From Haliotis rufescens (Eukaryota), in contig NW_025963779.1 of NCBI RefSeq assembly GCF_023055435.1, forward strand, positions 86,614,001 to 86,678,000: DNA of 64,000 nucleotides, given 5' to 3'. The translations under genes were made by a program, and so were the position numbers. The notes under the pieces are model-generated. The model did no database searches. It worked only from the letters and a program-made list of their open reading frames with translations, and was not told the DNA's origin. This document shows positions 12,155 to 23,700 of the stretch, piece after piece. Position 1 is the first letter of the stretch. Each line of letters opens with the position of its first letter.

Positions 12155-12392
12155 GAGTGAGCAATGTTTTACGCCCTTGAGCGGTATTTCATTTACTTCA
12201 CGGCGTGCCAGCTTTATGTGGGAGGAAAGCCCAGTTGATGACTGTTACTAATTGGGTGAAACCCACCAACTCGGGTATGGAGCTCGCACACCCAGAAACA
12301 TGATCACGGTCCATTTTGGGTTCCAACCCACGATCTTGTTTCTGACAGAACCCTGCCTAGCGCCTCAGACGACTGGGTCACCCGTACCACCT
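12155..12392 (-). mobile_element. Diverged V-SINE-like element (orthologues 29788-31170, split by a LINE, and 63036-63275)
   Basis: tRNA-like head GACCCAGTCGTCTGAGGCG...GGGTTGGAACCC; GTGGGTTTC...GGGCTTTCCTCCCAC core. Confidence 0.65.
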
Positions 12393-12496
12393 GTCTGACA
12401 TGACGAGGGAGGGGAACGGAGGGCATTTGAAAAATGCAGGTTGTGTGATAGTTTTGACATTGGAGATGAATTCCCCTTTATTTTCAGATGAAAATA

Positions 12497-12660
12497 GGGG
12501 CGGTCGGGTGGCATAGTGGTTAAAGCGTTCGCTCGTCACGCCGAAGACGGGTTCGATTCCCACCATGGGTACAATGTGTGAAGCCCATTTCTGGTGTCCC
12601 CCGCCGTGATATTACTGGAATATTGCTAAAAGTGGCGTAAAACCATACTCACTCACTCCC
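12497..12660 (+). mobile_element. tRNA(Asp-like)-derived SINE (orthologues 31276-31440, 46027-46111 partial, 63380-63531)
   Basis: ggggcggtcgggtggcatagtggttaaagcg...gtcacg...gggttcgattccc; (ACTC)n tail; TSD-like tcaaatgtaaata. Confidence 0.85.
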
Positions 12661-13393
12661 TCAAATGTAAATATTTCAATGAACATAGGGACATGTACAT
12701 CCAAAACCAAACATGTTACAACTCCAGCAATTATTTAACTGCCATAAGATATCTGTCCAAAACAAACTATGTAAATTTGTAAACATTATAACCAAAGTTG
12801 TAAAAACTCCCGATTAACCCCTGTCCACCGCAATGTAAAATACTGTTTGTACCTTACATGCCGATGGGCTCGGCCTGAGAAAAAAGTGCTGTTCTGTTTT
12901 GTTCTGGTATTCTGGGTCTCTTTCTGTCATCCATATTTCGTCAACTCCGGCTGAATGATATCACCAGTTGTACTTCTTACAGCGCGGATATCTTCCCTAA
13001 CCTATACAAACCGAACACCTATGTATTAGTAGTTGTGTGAAAATTGATTTGTATAATTTTAACACGAACATTTTTTACAACTATCAAATGAGGAAATAGA
13101 TTTCAATCTGTTTACGGCTGCTGGAGCAAGCAAACCAGTGGTTGATAGTGTGAGAGTCAAACTGCAAATGAACAACAACAGGCAGATTTAAGCCTCGCAA
13201 CGTTTTCCTATCGTTTGTAATTTGTTGGTCAAATCCAATTTTCAAGGGACCATTTTCTTTTGCCGAGCAGTTCACACAAATCAATAACAGCAGTCAGTTT
13301 CACGTGGGATCAAAGACGATCTGAGCTTTAGTTCAGCCCAGGGTTGTCCAAGGTCTATTATAGTTAAAAATCTCCAGTCCATTTACACAGGTG

Positions 13394-13722
13394 TTTCACG
13401 CCGCACTTAGCAATATTCCAGCTATTTGACGGCGGTCTGTAAATAATCGAGTCTGGACCATACAATCCAGTGATTGGCATCATGAGCATCGATCCACGCA
13501 ATTTGGATACGATGACATGCATCAACCAAGTCAGCGAGTCTGACCAGCAATCCTGTTAGTCGCCTCTTACGACAAGCTCGTCACCATATGGCTGAAATTA
13601 TGCCGAAGTGACGTTAAATTTTAACCCACTCACTCACTCACTCACTCTCACAACAAGCAAAGTCGCTTTTTACGGCAGGCATGGGTTGCTGAAGACCCAT
13701 TCTAACCCGTACCTTCACGGGT
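13394..13722 (-). mobile_element. Short retroposon with GCTTGTCGTAAGAGGCGACTAA motif, interrupted by another SINE 3' fragment (orthologues 32457-32778, 47145-47472)
   Basis: Homologous to 20345-20710; shares the 3' module gctggaatattgct...gcggcgt. Confidence 0.7.
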
Positions 13723-13854
13723 CTGTTTCGAAGAGAAATATAAAGCCAGTTTTAATATAACAGAATCATCTTGTACAAACAGCCAACGTAACAGCTACGT
13801 GTGGACTCGGTATGTATGTTATCAATGTGGACAACAACCCACGCATGGCTTGGG

Positions 13855-13864
13855 CTATTTATAA
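13855..13864. promoter_or_regulatory. CTATTTATAA: MEF2-type / minus-strand TATA-like motif upstream of BTB-A (CTATTTATAG at 17573-17582 upstream of BTB-B)
   Basis: Motif conserved in all six BTB upstream regions; fits YTAWWWWTAR and reads TATAAATA on the minus strand. Confidence 0.3.
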
Positions 13865-14296
13865 CCACCCCGTTCTCGTGTCCTCACACTCAAACATGTT
13901 ACAGTCGATTCATTGAGTAATGAATGGAACACAAGTTTTTTGTTAAAAAAAGTAAATGCATACATTAACAACGATGTTTGTTTCATTGGAATACTACTTT
14001 TGACTTACTACTTATTCCACAAGTCAAACGTTGTTTGCACGCAGAGATCGATTTAGCGCCTGACTCATATCAAGAGCACATAACTCTACACAATATTCGC
14101 AAGTGTTGATTCAATTATTCGGTAGAGCTCCTGCTAGCTGTACAAAGCCAGTGTTCCCTCCGTTGGATTTAGCAACGTTGTCTTATATTAAAATATATAA
14201 TACACCAAGCCGTTTACAGGTTAACCATATCTAAACAAGAACTGATTGAAATAGGAAGCTGAAAGCTCAACGTGTATAGTACGTCGGCGATGAAGA

Positions 14297-14380
14297 CTAC
14301 GTTGTGCCTACGTTGTGTCGACGTTGTGCCTACGTTGTTTCGACGTTGTGCCTACGTTGTGTCGACGTTGTACCTACGTG
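14297..14380. repeat. 11-bp tandem repeat gttgtg(cctac/tcgac) at the putative BTB-A first exon (also 33378-33472, 48075-48146)
   Basis: Seen directly; copy number differs among units. Confidence 0.85.
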
Positions 14381-14475
14381 CTACGCTGTAGTCTCGGTGA
14401 CTGCCCACCCGCTGACTGACAGTACTCGGAGGGCCTCCCTGCCGAAGAGACACAAGGTAGACGACAGAACACACA
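14381..14475 (+). other. Putative non-coding first exon of BTB-A (donor |gtgagt at 14476); homologous exon for BTB-B ends at 17813
   Basis: Conserved gtgagtataacatgacag donor in A and B upstream regions; acceptor ctttctcattacag a few nt before the ATG. The exon start is approximate. Confidence 0.5.
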
Positions 14476-15452
14476 GTGAGTATAACATGACAGTTGACCA
14501 ACACCATGTGACAGTGGACAATACTGTTCACTGCCGGAGACGATTCTCGATTTTATCTGGGTGTATATTCTTTACACAGCCCACTGTCGTGTCTCACAGT
14601 TCACAGTTACTTTGTATGAAAACACTACAGTCTGTATCTCCATGTACGTTTATAGTAGCTGTCACTTCAGTGTGTGAAATCACAGGGGCATGTAATACAC
14701 TCGATTGTCACTGACAGTAGCTCACAAGGTATCGCAGGCCATTTATGTTCTAATGCATAGTAAACGTTACAGCTACACCGTCTTCCCGAGTCAAGGAAGT
14801 TAACTGACTATAAAAGTCCAGTTTCCACCCTCGCCGAACTAGGCTGAAATTATGGATTATTTTGGTCTATTGCAGGATTTGTAAAGCAAGTGTACCGCCA
14901 AATCGGCGTCAACAGATATTTTCCAATTTTTTTCAAGTTTTTTAATCAAGGCACTCATGCCATTTGATGCACTTCGCGAAGTAAGACCCGTTTTATCACA
15001 ATAAATTTTGATTATCGGTCAGATCATCTCGACTGCACGCCGTCCTTTTGCATGAAGCAAACGCAAGTGATATGAGAGGTGGAATATGATTGGTCAATAG
15101 GAGGGACATAGAAGGATCGATACTTGTAATAGCCACTGGTGGCGCAACGATCGAGTCCAGAAATGCCAGTCTAGTTCGGCGCGGGTAGGCTTTTACAGTC
15201 AGTTGACACCTTGCTTCGGGAAGAAGCAGCTACACATGCACTGTGTATAAAATGTAAATGTACAAAAAAAACCAAACTGTTATTTGGTGATTATTTCAAA
15301 GAACTTACGTTTTGTCAAGCATTGAATAATTCGTCGTGGATAGGGTCTTGGGGAAAGTCTGAAGTCATCGCTATGCTTTGTTTCACCACAAGAACACGGA
15401 GCTGTGCATAAGAAATTTTCAAATGTTTCTAAACTTTCTCATTACAGCGGCC

Positions 15453-16247
15453 ATGGAAAAGTCAATGAACATGTTTTCCGAGGCATGCCTGACCAGTGAT
15501 GTGGCGCTTGTAGTCGAGGGTAAAAAGCTGCACGTGAACAAAACAGTACTTTCGATTGCATCTCCAGTCTTTGAAAAAATGTTCTTTGGGGAATTCAAAG
15601 AGAAAACCTTATTAGAAGTTCCCCTACCCGAGAAGACATACGACGACATGGTAGAGCTGCTTCTGTGCATTTACCCATCGACCACCCATCCGATCACAGC
15701 AGACAACATTGACGCACTACTTCCATTAGCGGAGGAATACCTTTTGACGTCACTAAAACAACGCTGTCGCACGTTTGTCACAACCTACCTGAAACTAAAT
15801 GTGAAAACTCTATCTAAGTCTCAGCTGGTACATTTCATGCATCTAGCAGACAAATATGACTTTGATGATGTCCTTGAGGATTGTCTGACCCAGGCTGTGT
15901 ACATTGAATACAGTGATGTCAATGGGCTACAAAACCAGGAGGGGTTCCAAGATCTCTGCGACAAGACAGCTGTCCAGTTCTTTAAGCGACGATTGGTGTT
16001 GGTGGAGGGACTTGTCAGACCGGTTTTGGAGAGCTCCACCACTGCTTCCGGGAACCTCCAAGAGGACTTCCAGACTATCATCAGCGGCAAGTGTAACGAG
16101 TTCTCCCACCGCCATGCAAGGCACGAATGTCGAGAATGTAAGGCTGTGTGTTGCGGGCGATGTCGGAAGCTCGGCACTGAAGCGATGGAAGATTTAGCTC
16201 ACGTTATCAAGAATATGCTGCCTGCTTTCAAAGAGTCTGAAAAGTGA
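15453..16247 (+). CDS. BTB/POZ domain protein type A, copy 1 (264 aa), C-terminal Cys/His cluster
   Basis: SDVALVVEGKKLHVNKTVLSIASPVFEKMFFGEFKE BTB signature; BACK-like helices; gccATGG Kozak context after a splice acceptor; AATAAA at 16331. Confidence 0.92.
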   Translation: MEKSMNMFSEACLTSDVALVVEGKKLHVNKTVLSIASPVFEKMFFGEFKEKTLLEVPLPEKTYDDMVELLLCIYPSTTHPITADNIDALLPLAEEYLLTSLKQRCRTFVTTYLKLNVKTLSKSQLVHFMHLADKYDFDDVLEDCLTQAVYIEYSDVNGLQNQEGFQDLCDKTAVQFFKRRLVLVEGLVRPVLESSTTASGNLQEDFQTIISGKCNEFSHRHARHECRECKAVCCGRCRKLGTEAMEDLAHVIKNMLPAFKESEK

Positions 16248-16910
16248 TCGTTTTACAAGTCAGACGTACATTTTGATCTTAGGATACGGACATTCACCGA
16301 ACAATTGAGAATGTCAGTAATGAATTGGAGAATAAATCATGTATCGCCTCATCAATAGCACAAAAGCAAAATCAAGGCGACCTGTAAATAAACGAGACCT
16401 GGCCAACCATTGGCTTAACACCGATCCATAGTTTCCATGTACATACTCAAACAGTTGACACCGGATCCTCATTTAAGTCGTCTTTTACACCAATCCTGTT
16501 TATTTGGGACGTCCACAACGAGGACTTTGTTAAAGACAAATTGTGGGACACGTGAATGTTGTTAATCCTCGTGTATTGTCATCGTGCATAATCATCAGTT
16601 TGACGGCAGTATGTTTTATTTAGTCCTATACGATGTTTTGAGAACTTTATGTTTGATACACGCGTGAATCATATTATACATGTATGCATCTGAAAAAGAA
16701 ATAGGTGTTCTTGTTTTTGTAATATGCCAGGTCAAATGTTGAAATGCTAGCTGTCTTCTAAGCTTCAGCACCATTACCTTCAGGAACGTTCAGTCTTATA
16801 TTGTACTGTGTACGTGAAATAACAGGACGGCAGTAGTATGTAGGCAGTACTTTGGATCTGCGTACACGACTTGTGCCACTACGTCGGTGGCATCACATTG
16901 AATTATACTA

Positions 16911-17132
16911 CACTGCCGGGCAAAAGAAAGTATACTTATGGTTGATGGTGGCTTAATTGAAAAAACAAGAACTGGTTATTCGATAGTGATGTATTTGAAA
17001 CGGGTATCACAGTTGTGTTTTGGGCCTTAAGTTTGCAGTGTTTCGGCGACTGTTTTCAGCCTAGTAACGTTTTGATAACGTTTGTAATATTTCGGCAAAA
17101 TCCATTTTGCAGGTGTCTTTTGCCCGGCAGTT
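16911..17132. mobile_element. Tc1/mariner-type MITE (orthologues 36007-36228, 50681-50902)
   Basis: TIRs cactgccgggcaaaaga / tcttttgcccggcagtt, with TA on both sides. Confidence 0.8.
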
Positions 17133-17921
17133 TACACTAAGCAATAACAACAGTTTAGTTTCACGTTGTGTCAGAGACCATGTGAGCTATGCTTCAGCCC
17201 AGGGATGTCATGCAACTAAGTCCTCCGGTCCACATACATATGCCAGAGTTTTACAAATTCGCATAAATCTTGATTTTTAGCAGTTCATATCTCTTGTAAA
17301 TAGAATGTTTGACATATAATTATCAAACGTCAGCGTCAAAGAATAGTCAGCGTCGATTGTCTGAGGAAACAGATTCCTTTGGGCGTAAAAAGCAAAATCG
17401 GTGTGAAAATGATATGAATGGATCACTGTAAATCAGTGATGGCACCAGGTGTTCATGATATGAACAGTTTTACTGTGACAGAATCATCTTGTTCAAACAG
17501 CCGACGCTACAGCTTCGCAAGGACTCTTTGTGTATGTAATGTATATGTACAAAAAACACCTCACGACATTGGCTATTTATAGCGACCTCGTACTAGTGTT
17601 GTCATGCTTAAACCTGTATAAACACGTGACACTATCGACGAACGTACTCTTTAAGTGCATACATTCAAGAGCAGATAACTCTGAACATTATTCGCCACAG
17701 TTTTGATGCAAATTCCACTTCCTGCTGTAAAGTGCCTGGTGTCTGCGTTGTGGTCTGTGGCCTTGGTGACTGCCTACTCGCCACCCTGCTCAAGAGATAC
17801 AAGGTTGACGATAGTGAGTATAACATGACAGTGGCCTGGCACCATGTGACTAGTGTACAATACTGTTCACTGCCGGAGACGCTTCCTCAGTTTTATCCGG
17901 AAGTATATTCTATTGTTTTGA

Positions 17922-18091
17922 GGGGCGGTCGGGTAACCTAGTGGTTAAAGCGTTCGCTCGTCACGCCGTAGACCCTGGTTCGATTCCCGACAAGGGTACA
18001 ATGTGTGAAGCCCATTTCTGTTGTCTCCTGCCGTGATATTGCTGGAATATTGCTTAAAGCGACGTAAAACCATACTCACTCACTCACTCAC
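17922..18091 (+). mobile_element. tRNA-derived SINE in the BTB-B intron (orthologues 37086-37231, 51621-51789)
   Basis: A and B boxes, (ACTC)n tail, TSD tctattgttt. Confidence 0.85.
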
Positions 18092-19197
18092 TCTATTGTT
18101 TCGACACCCTGGCGGTTTTTATGAATAAACGGATTCGGATTCTCGTATGCTGTGTATTCTCAGAAAAAACACCATCGGTGGTACATGAGTATACATTACA
18201 ATACAGTTCCTAAGGCCTAAATAACATACAAGTAGGGATCCTAGACGATTGCGTAATGTTGCCGTCTGATGAAAAAAAAGAAAACTACTATTAGATCTAC
18301 CATTAAAAAAGGGTTTGATTCTAAACAAAGTATCAAAATATACACACATTACGGGAAAAAATAGTTTCACAGGTGTGAATTAACTGTTAATTGAATAAAA
18401 CTATTATATCTGTCTGTGACAGCTGGCTTATTCACTCACCTAAAAAAACAACGAAAACACATTTAAGTACCGAACTAATGCAGTTAATATTTTCATAAAA
18501 TATGTTTTCACCTCAGTATACAATAAGAAATAGTATGAATAATGATAAAGTATTTAAGAATAATGAAAAAACACCAGACTCTGCCCAAACAAGTAAATGG
18601 TCCACCAGTGTGTGGAGCTCATGGGCGTCTGCTACACCAAAATATGATATTTCCTTACAACTATTAATAAATGACTTGGTCTTCATGATATAGCTACCCC
18701 AGAGAATAGTATTTAGAGTTATATCCCCTCACTTTCTTGACAACTTGTTTTTCAGCAGTACATAGTTATTGCCTGACGCCGAACATGCAGTCATGCGACA
18801 ACTCCGAAGTAGATGTCTTGATCAATTTGAGAATGTGCTTTACGAATCTTGACCCCCATAATATAAAGCTCAAAGTGTGCTAAGAATACAAATTATGAAA
18901 GGTAATACGTCAAATTGTGTGCATCTGTTCAAAAGCCGAAGACAATATTAGCGGGAAGACATGATTAATAAACAAAAGTCTGTTTTTCGTGTGCAACTCA
19001 ATGCCAACAAACCACTTTTTACCAATATTCAGTCACATTACCTGTCGAGATGAGTGTATTTGGCCAAAGCTGAAACGTCAAAAAAACACGAAAAGGAAAT
19101 TAACTGTCCAAAAACCAACTCTCAGTGGCGCGTATGTGATCGCATGACACCGTCGTCTCATGCTCCTAATATAGAATTTCTTATTACAGAAGCGGTC

Positions 19198-19827
19198 ATG
19201 GAAAATTCTGAGAACATGTTTTCCGAGGAATCCCTGACAAGTGATGTGGCGCTTGTAGTCGAGGACCAAAAGCTGCACGTGAACAAAACGGTACTTTCGC
19301 TTGCATCTCCAGTCTTTGAAAAAATGTTCTTTGGGGAGTTCAAAGAGAAAACCTTATTAGAAGTTCCGCTACCCGGGAAGACATACGACGACATGGTAGA
19401 GCTGCTACTGTGCATCTACCCATCGACCGCCAATCCGGTCACAGTAGACAACATTGACGCACTACTTCCACTAGCGGAGGAATATGCAATGATGTCTCTA
19501 ATGCAACGCTGTCGCAGGTTTGTAAAGACCTACCTGAAACTACACGTGCGAACTTTATCCAAGTCTCAGCTGGTACATTTCATGCATCTAGCAGACCAAT
19601 ATGACTTTGATGATGTCCTTGAGGATTGTCTAGCTCGGGCTGTGCACATTGAATACAGTGGCACTAATGGGCTACAACACCAGGAGGAGTTCCAAGATCT
19701 CAGTGACAAGGCGGCTGTCCAGTTCTTTAAGCGGCGATTGGTGTTGATGGAGGGACCTGACAGACCGGTGGTGGCAAAAGCCGCCCCTACTGCGTTTATG
19801 AGATACCCAAAACCAGTAGTGAATTGA
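19198..19827 (+). CDS. BTB/POZ protein type B, copy 1 (209 aa), lacking the Cys/His tail
   Basis: BTB signature; ATG after the acceptor tttcttattacag; C-terminus replaced relative to B2. Confidence 0.85.
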   Translation: MENSENMFSEESLTSDVALVVEDQKLHVNKTVLSLASPVFEKMFFGEFKEKTLLEVPLPGKTYDDMVELLLCIYPSTANPVTVDNIDALLPLAEEYAMMSLMQRCRRFVKTYLKLHVRTLSKSQLVHFMHLADQYDFDDVLEDCLARAVHIEYSGTNGLQHQEEFQDLSDKAAVQFFKRRLVLMEGPDRPVVAKAAPTAFMRYPKPVVN

Positions 19828-20344
19828 TGAATGAAGTGTGTTTCGCTGCAGTCAGTAGCATAATAGCTATATCAAGGCGACCTGTAAATAATCGAGTCCT
19901 GGACATGCTCAAACAGTAGACACCGGATCTTAATTTAACTCGTCTCTAACAACAATCCTGTGTTACTAGGCACATACATAAGGAGGCATTAAAGACAAAT
20001 TGTATACAACTATATAAGAGGTTCTTTGACAATAGGTCTGAGTGAAACTGTTGACATCGAATATGTTTCAGTTCTCTGTTGCTTATGTATATTAAAAGTT
20101 ATTTCACAGAACGTCTAATCACAAGGATCACAATGTATGTTAGAACCAATTTCCCTTCATCAAGTTTTTTTTTATCTAAGTTACAATCACTTTGCCTTCT
20201 CATGTTCAAGATTTTCACAAAGTAAAGGGTAAAATTATGTGTTGTTTGATTGTTTATTTGTCGTATCTCTGCCTTACTTCAAAACGTCTTTACGTTGATA
20301 GATGGGACAAGAAAGGATTTCAGAGAAACTTAGCCTTATTTTTT

Positions 20345-20710
20345 TGTTTTGTTTGTTGTTTAACGCCGGACTCAGCAATAGTCCAGCTATATGACGGCGG
20401 TCTGTAAATAATCGAGTCAGGACCAGACAATCCAAGGATTGATATCATGAGTATCGATCCACGCAATTGGGATACGATGACATGCATCAACCAAGTCAGC
20501 GAGCCTGACCACCCGATCTCGTTAGTCGCCTCTTACGACAAGCATAATCGCCTGTTACGGAAAGCATGGGTTGCTGAAGACCTATTCGAACTCGGATCTT
20601 CACGGGGTGAGACAAGCATGGGCTGCTGAAGACCTATTCGAACTCGGATCTTCACGGGGTGAGACAAGCATGGGTTGCTGAAGACCTATTCTTCCCCAGA
20701 TCTTCACGTG
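20345..20710 (-). mobile_element. Short retroposon with three tandem 52-bp 5' head repeats and (AAAC)n tail (orthologue 54036-54405; truncated 39735-39832)
   Basis: aagcatggg recurs at 20562, 20614 and 20666. Confidence 0.7.
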
Positions 20711-20754
20711 TTCCTTCTATAATAAGCTGGCTTATGACCAGACCCCGATTTCTC

Positions 20755-23700
20755 CATAAATTAATTCCATAAACCAGAGGATGCAATGTGTTGATAGCAT
20801 TGACAGTAAATTAACTATGATTGACAATAAGCTGACATCTCTCGACATTACAATGATAGAGACAACACTTCGCGTTGATAAGCTTGAAGCCTGTGTGAGA
20901 GAGACTGCATCAGAAAACAAAAAGCTGAAACAACAGGTACGGGAGCACGCTCTATGAGAGATAATCTACTCTTTCACGGGATCCCGAAAATGCCTGGAGA
21001 AGAACCTAAAGAGGTAATTAAATGTTTCTTAAAGAAAGAAATGAAGTGTGACACAGACATTCACCTCTTACGTGTACATAGGATTGGCCCTCACTTATCT
21101 AACAGACCACGTACTATAGTGGCAAAATTTGCAAATCCAGACGAACGGTGGGAAATCCTGACTAACACAAGACAGCTGAGAGAAACGCAATTCGGTGTTA
21201 GTGAACAATTTCCTCAAGAGATTGTGCAGAGACGAAGAGATCTACTCCCCATTTTCAAGGAAGCAAGGAGGCGTGGTTTGAAGTCTAACCTCACTGTAGA
21301 CAGACTGTATATAGACGGGAGACGTGTGTACCCAGGAGACGACCCGTTTATAGATCTCACCCCACGAGGCCCTCCCCCCAGCAGGAGATCATACGCGAGT
21401 GGCGTCGGTCGGTCAGACAACAGACAACCAAACAAGATGGCCAGGACTGAGGACACGGGAGAAAACAGGCCGCGGTAGGAGAATAACGGAGGTCAGCAAA
21501 TACGTGAGTCGCCTAACAGTGAAAACGTAACTTCCCACGAGAAACTTAAGATACTGTCTCTTAATGTGTGTGGTATTAGGACAAAGATGTTGAACCCCGA
21601 TTTTGTGAACGATGTGTCCAGATACGATATACTGTGTCTGACTGAAACTAAAACGTGTGATTTAGATGCTGTGAACATCCCAGGATTCTCAGTTCATATG
21701 AATAACAGAACTAACGCACTGAACACACGTGTGTCTGGCGGGATCATTGTAGCCATCAAAGAGACACTATTTGACATGTCAAGGTGAGCGTCATCGAAAA
21801 GATACATGATATTGTTTTATGGTGTAAGATACCAAGTGATTACCTGCATGTTAACGATGACCTTATCCTAGGAACTGTCTATATACCACCAGAGCAAAGT
21901 AGATTTCATTCACCGGAAATATTTACTACACTAGAAAATGATATCATTCGTATGTCAAACTGCTCACAGTACATGTGTATTGTTGGTGATATGAATTGTC
22001 GTACTAAAAATCTTCCGGATTTTATCATTTTGGACGAATTTTTATGTGACAATGATATTACTGACGAGGAATTATTGTTTTCAAATGTACAACTTCTAGT
22101 TGACAACGGTGTAAAATTAGATAGAATATCAATGGATACTGAAACAAACTGTAACGGGTATAAACTCCTAGATTTATGTAAAAATAACCGGCTGTATATT
22201 GTGAATGGAAGATTAGGCAAAGACAAGGGTATTGGTAAACTGACATGCAGAAATGCCAGTGTTGTCGATTATTGTATTGCATCAGCAGAAACATTCCCAT
22301 TATTAATAGATTTTGAGGTGCAGGAGTTTGACCCGATCTCGTCCGATGCACACTGTGGCTTATCGTTAACGTTAGATTGTACAGCACAACTGTCTCCAGT
22401 TATAGATGATGACAAAGATGTACATGTACAAAAAGTTGTAAAAAGATGGGTTCCTGATAAAAGTGAAACATTTTTATGTATCGATAAGGTTGCCATTACC
22501 CATCAGTGTACAGAATTAGATGCATGTAAAGACCAAATAGAGCCAAATGACATTAACCAAATTGTAAATAAACTCTCTCAGACGCTGGTTACTGCGGCTG
22601 AAACTACTCTAGGTACTGTAAGAAATTCTAGACACTCTGTACATAAGCACAAGCATAAACCCTGGTTTGATGAAAAATGTAAATCATCACGTAGATTTTA
22701 CCACAAGCGTAAACGTATATATGGAAGGACTAAAGACAGTAATAGCAAAGCTATGTACATTTCAGCTAGTAGAGCTTATAGTAAAACCCTATAGAAGGCA
22801 TTTAAGACATATCAAAACAAATGTGTCCAACAACTGAGGGAATGTAAGGATAGTAACCCTAAGAATTTTTGGGAAATTTTAAAATCATTTGAACCAAAGA
22901 AAACAGCAGAAATAATCAGTATTGACAAATTTTTCGAATTTTTTAAAGACCTTAATCAAAGTTCTGATGATAATGACGATGTTTTTGCCAATAACACATA
23001 TTATGATAATCATGATGATATCTTAGATTGTAGGATTACAGAAGAAGAAATTATGTCAGCTGTCCGTGCATTGAAGAACAATAAGGCTTGTGGGTTGGAT
23101 GGTATTTACAATGAGTACATTAAAAGCTCTATTCAAGTTATGATGCCGGTTTACGTGAGTTTTTTAACCTCGTTTTTGACACTGGAGTTTTACCTGAAGC
23201 TTGGCTTGTTGGCAAAATAAAACCAATCTACAAAAACAAAGGAAACCAAGCTGACCCAGACAATTACAGAGGTATTTCTATCCTAAGCTGTTTAGGTAAA
23301 TTGTTCACTACACTATTGAATAATCGTTTACAAGCTTACTCAGTTCAGACTAATCTGATAAGCGAAGCGCAAGCAGGATTAAGGAAAAAATACTCAACAA
23401 TTGACAATATGTTTATTCTTAAAGCTCTCATTGATATCTATAGAAATCTTAATAAGAAGTTGTATTGTGTTTTCGTCGATTTTAGCAAAGCTTTCGATAC
23501 AGTATGGAGGTGTGGTCTGTGGACAAAAATGATAAAGTCTAATATCAAAGGAAAATGTTTTAATGTCATATATAATATGTATCAAAATATCAAATCTTGT
23601 GTTTCACATAATAACAAGGTGTCAGGTTTCTTCCCATGTCAAACTGGTGTAAGACAAGGTGAAAATTTGTCACCTTTCCTGTTTGCTTTGTACCTTAATG

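Noticed and set aside
12497-12570. tRNA-Asp gene
   Set aside because: No proper acceptor stem; continues into a SINE body and tail with a TSD; many degenerate copies.
14304-14714. 136-143 aa ORF conserved in three units
   Set aside because: Non-ATG start inside an 11-bp repeat, crosses a splice donor, and recent duplication explains the conservation.
15378-15452. N-terminal extensions of the BTB ORFs in the ORF track (also 19054, 34469, 38244, 49147, 52750)
   Set aside because: Mostly non-ATG starts running through a splice acceptor; the likely start is the ATGG just after ttacag.
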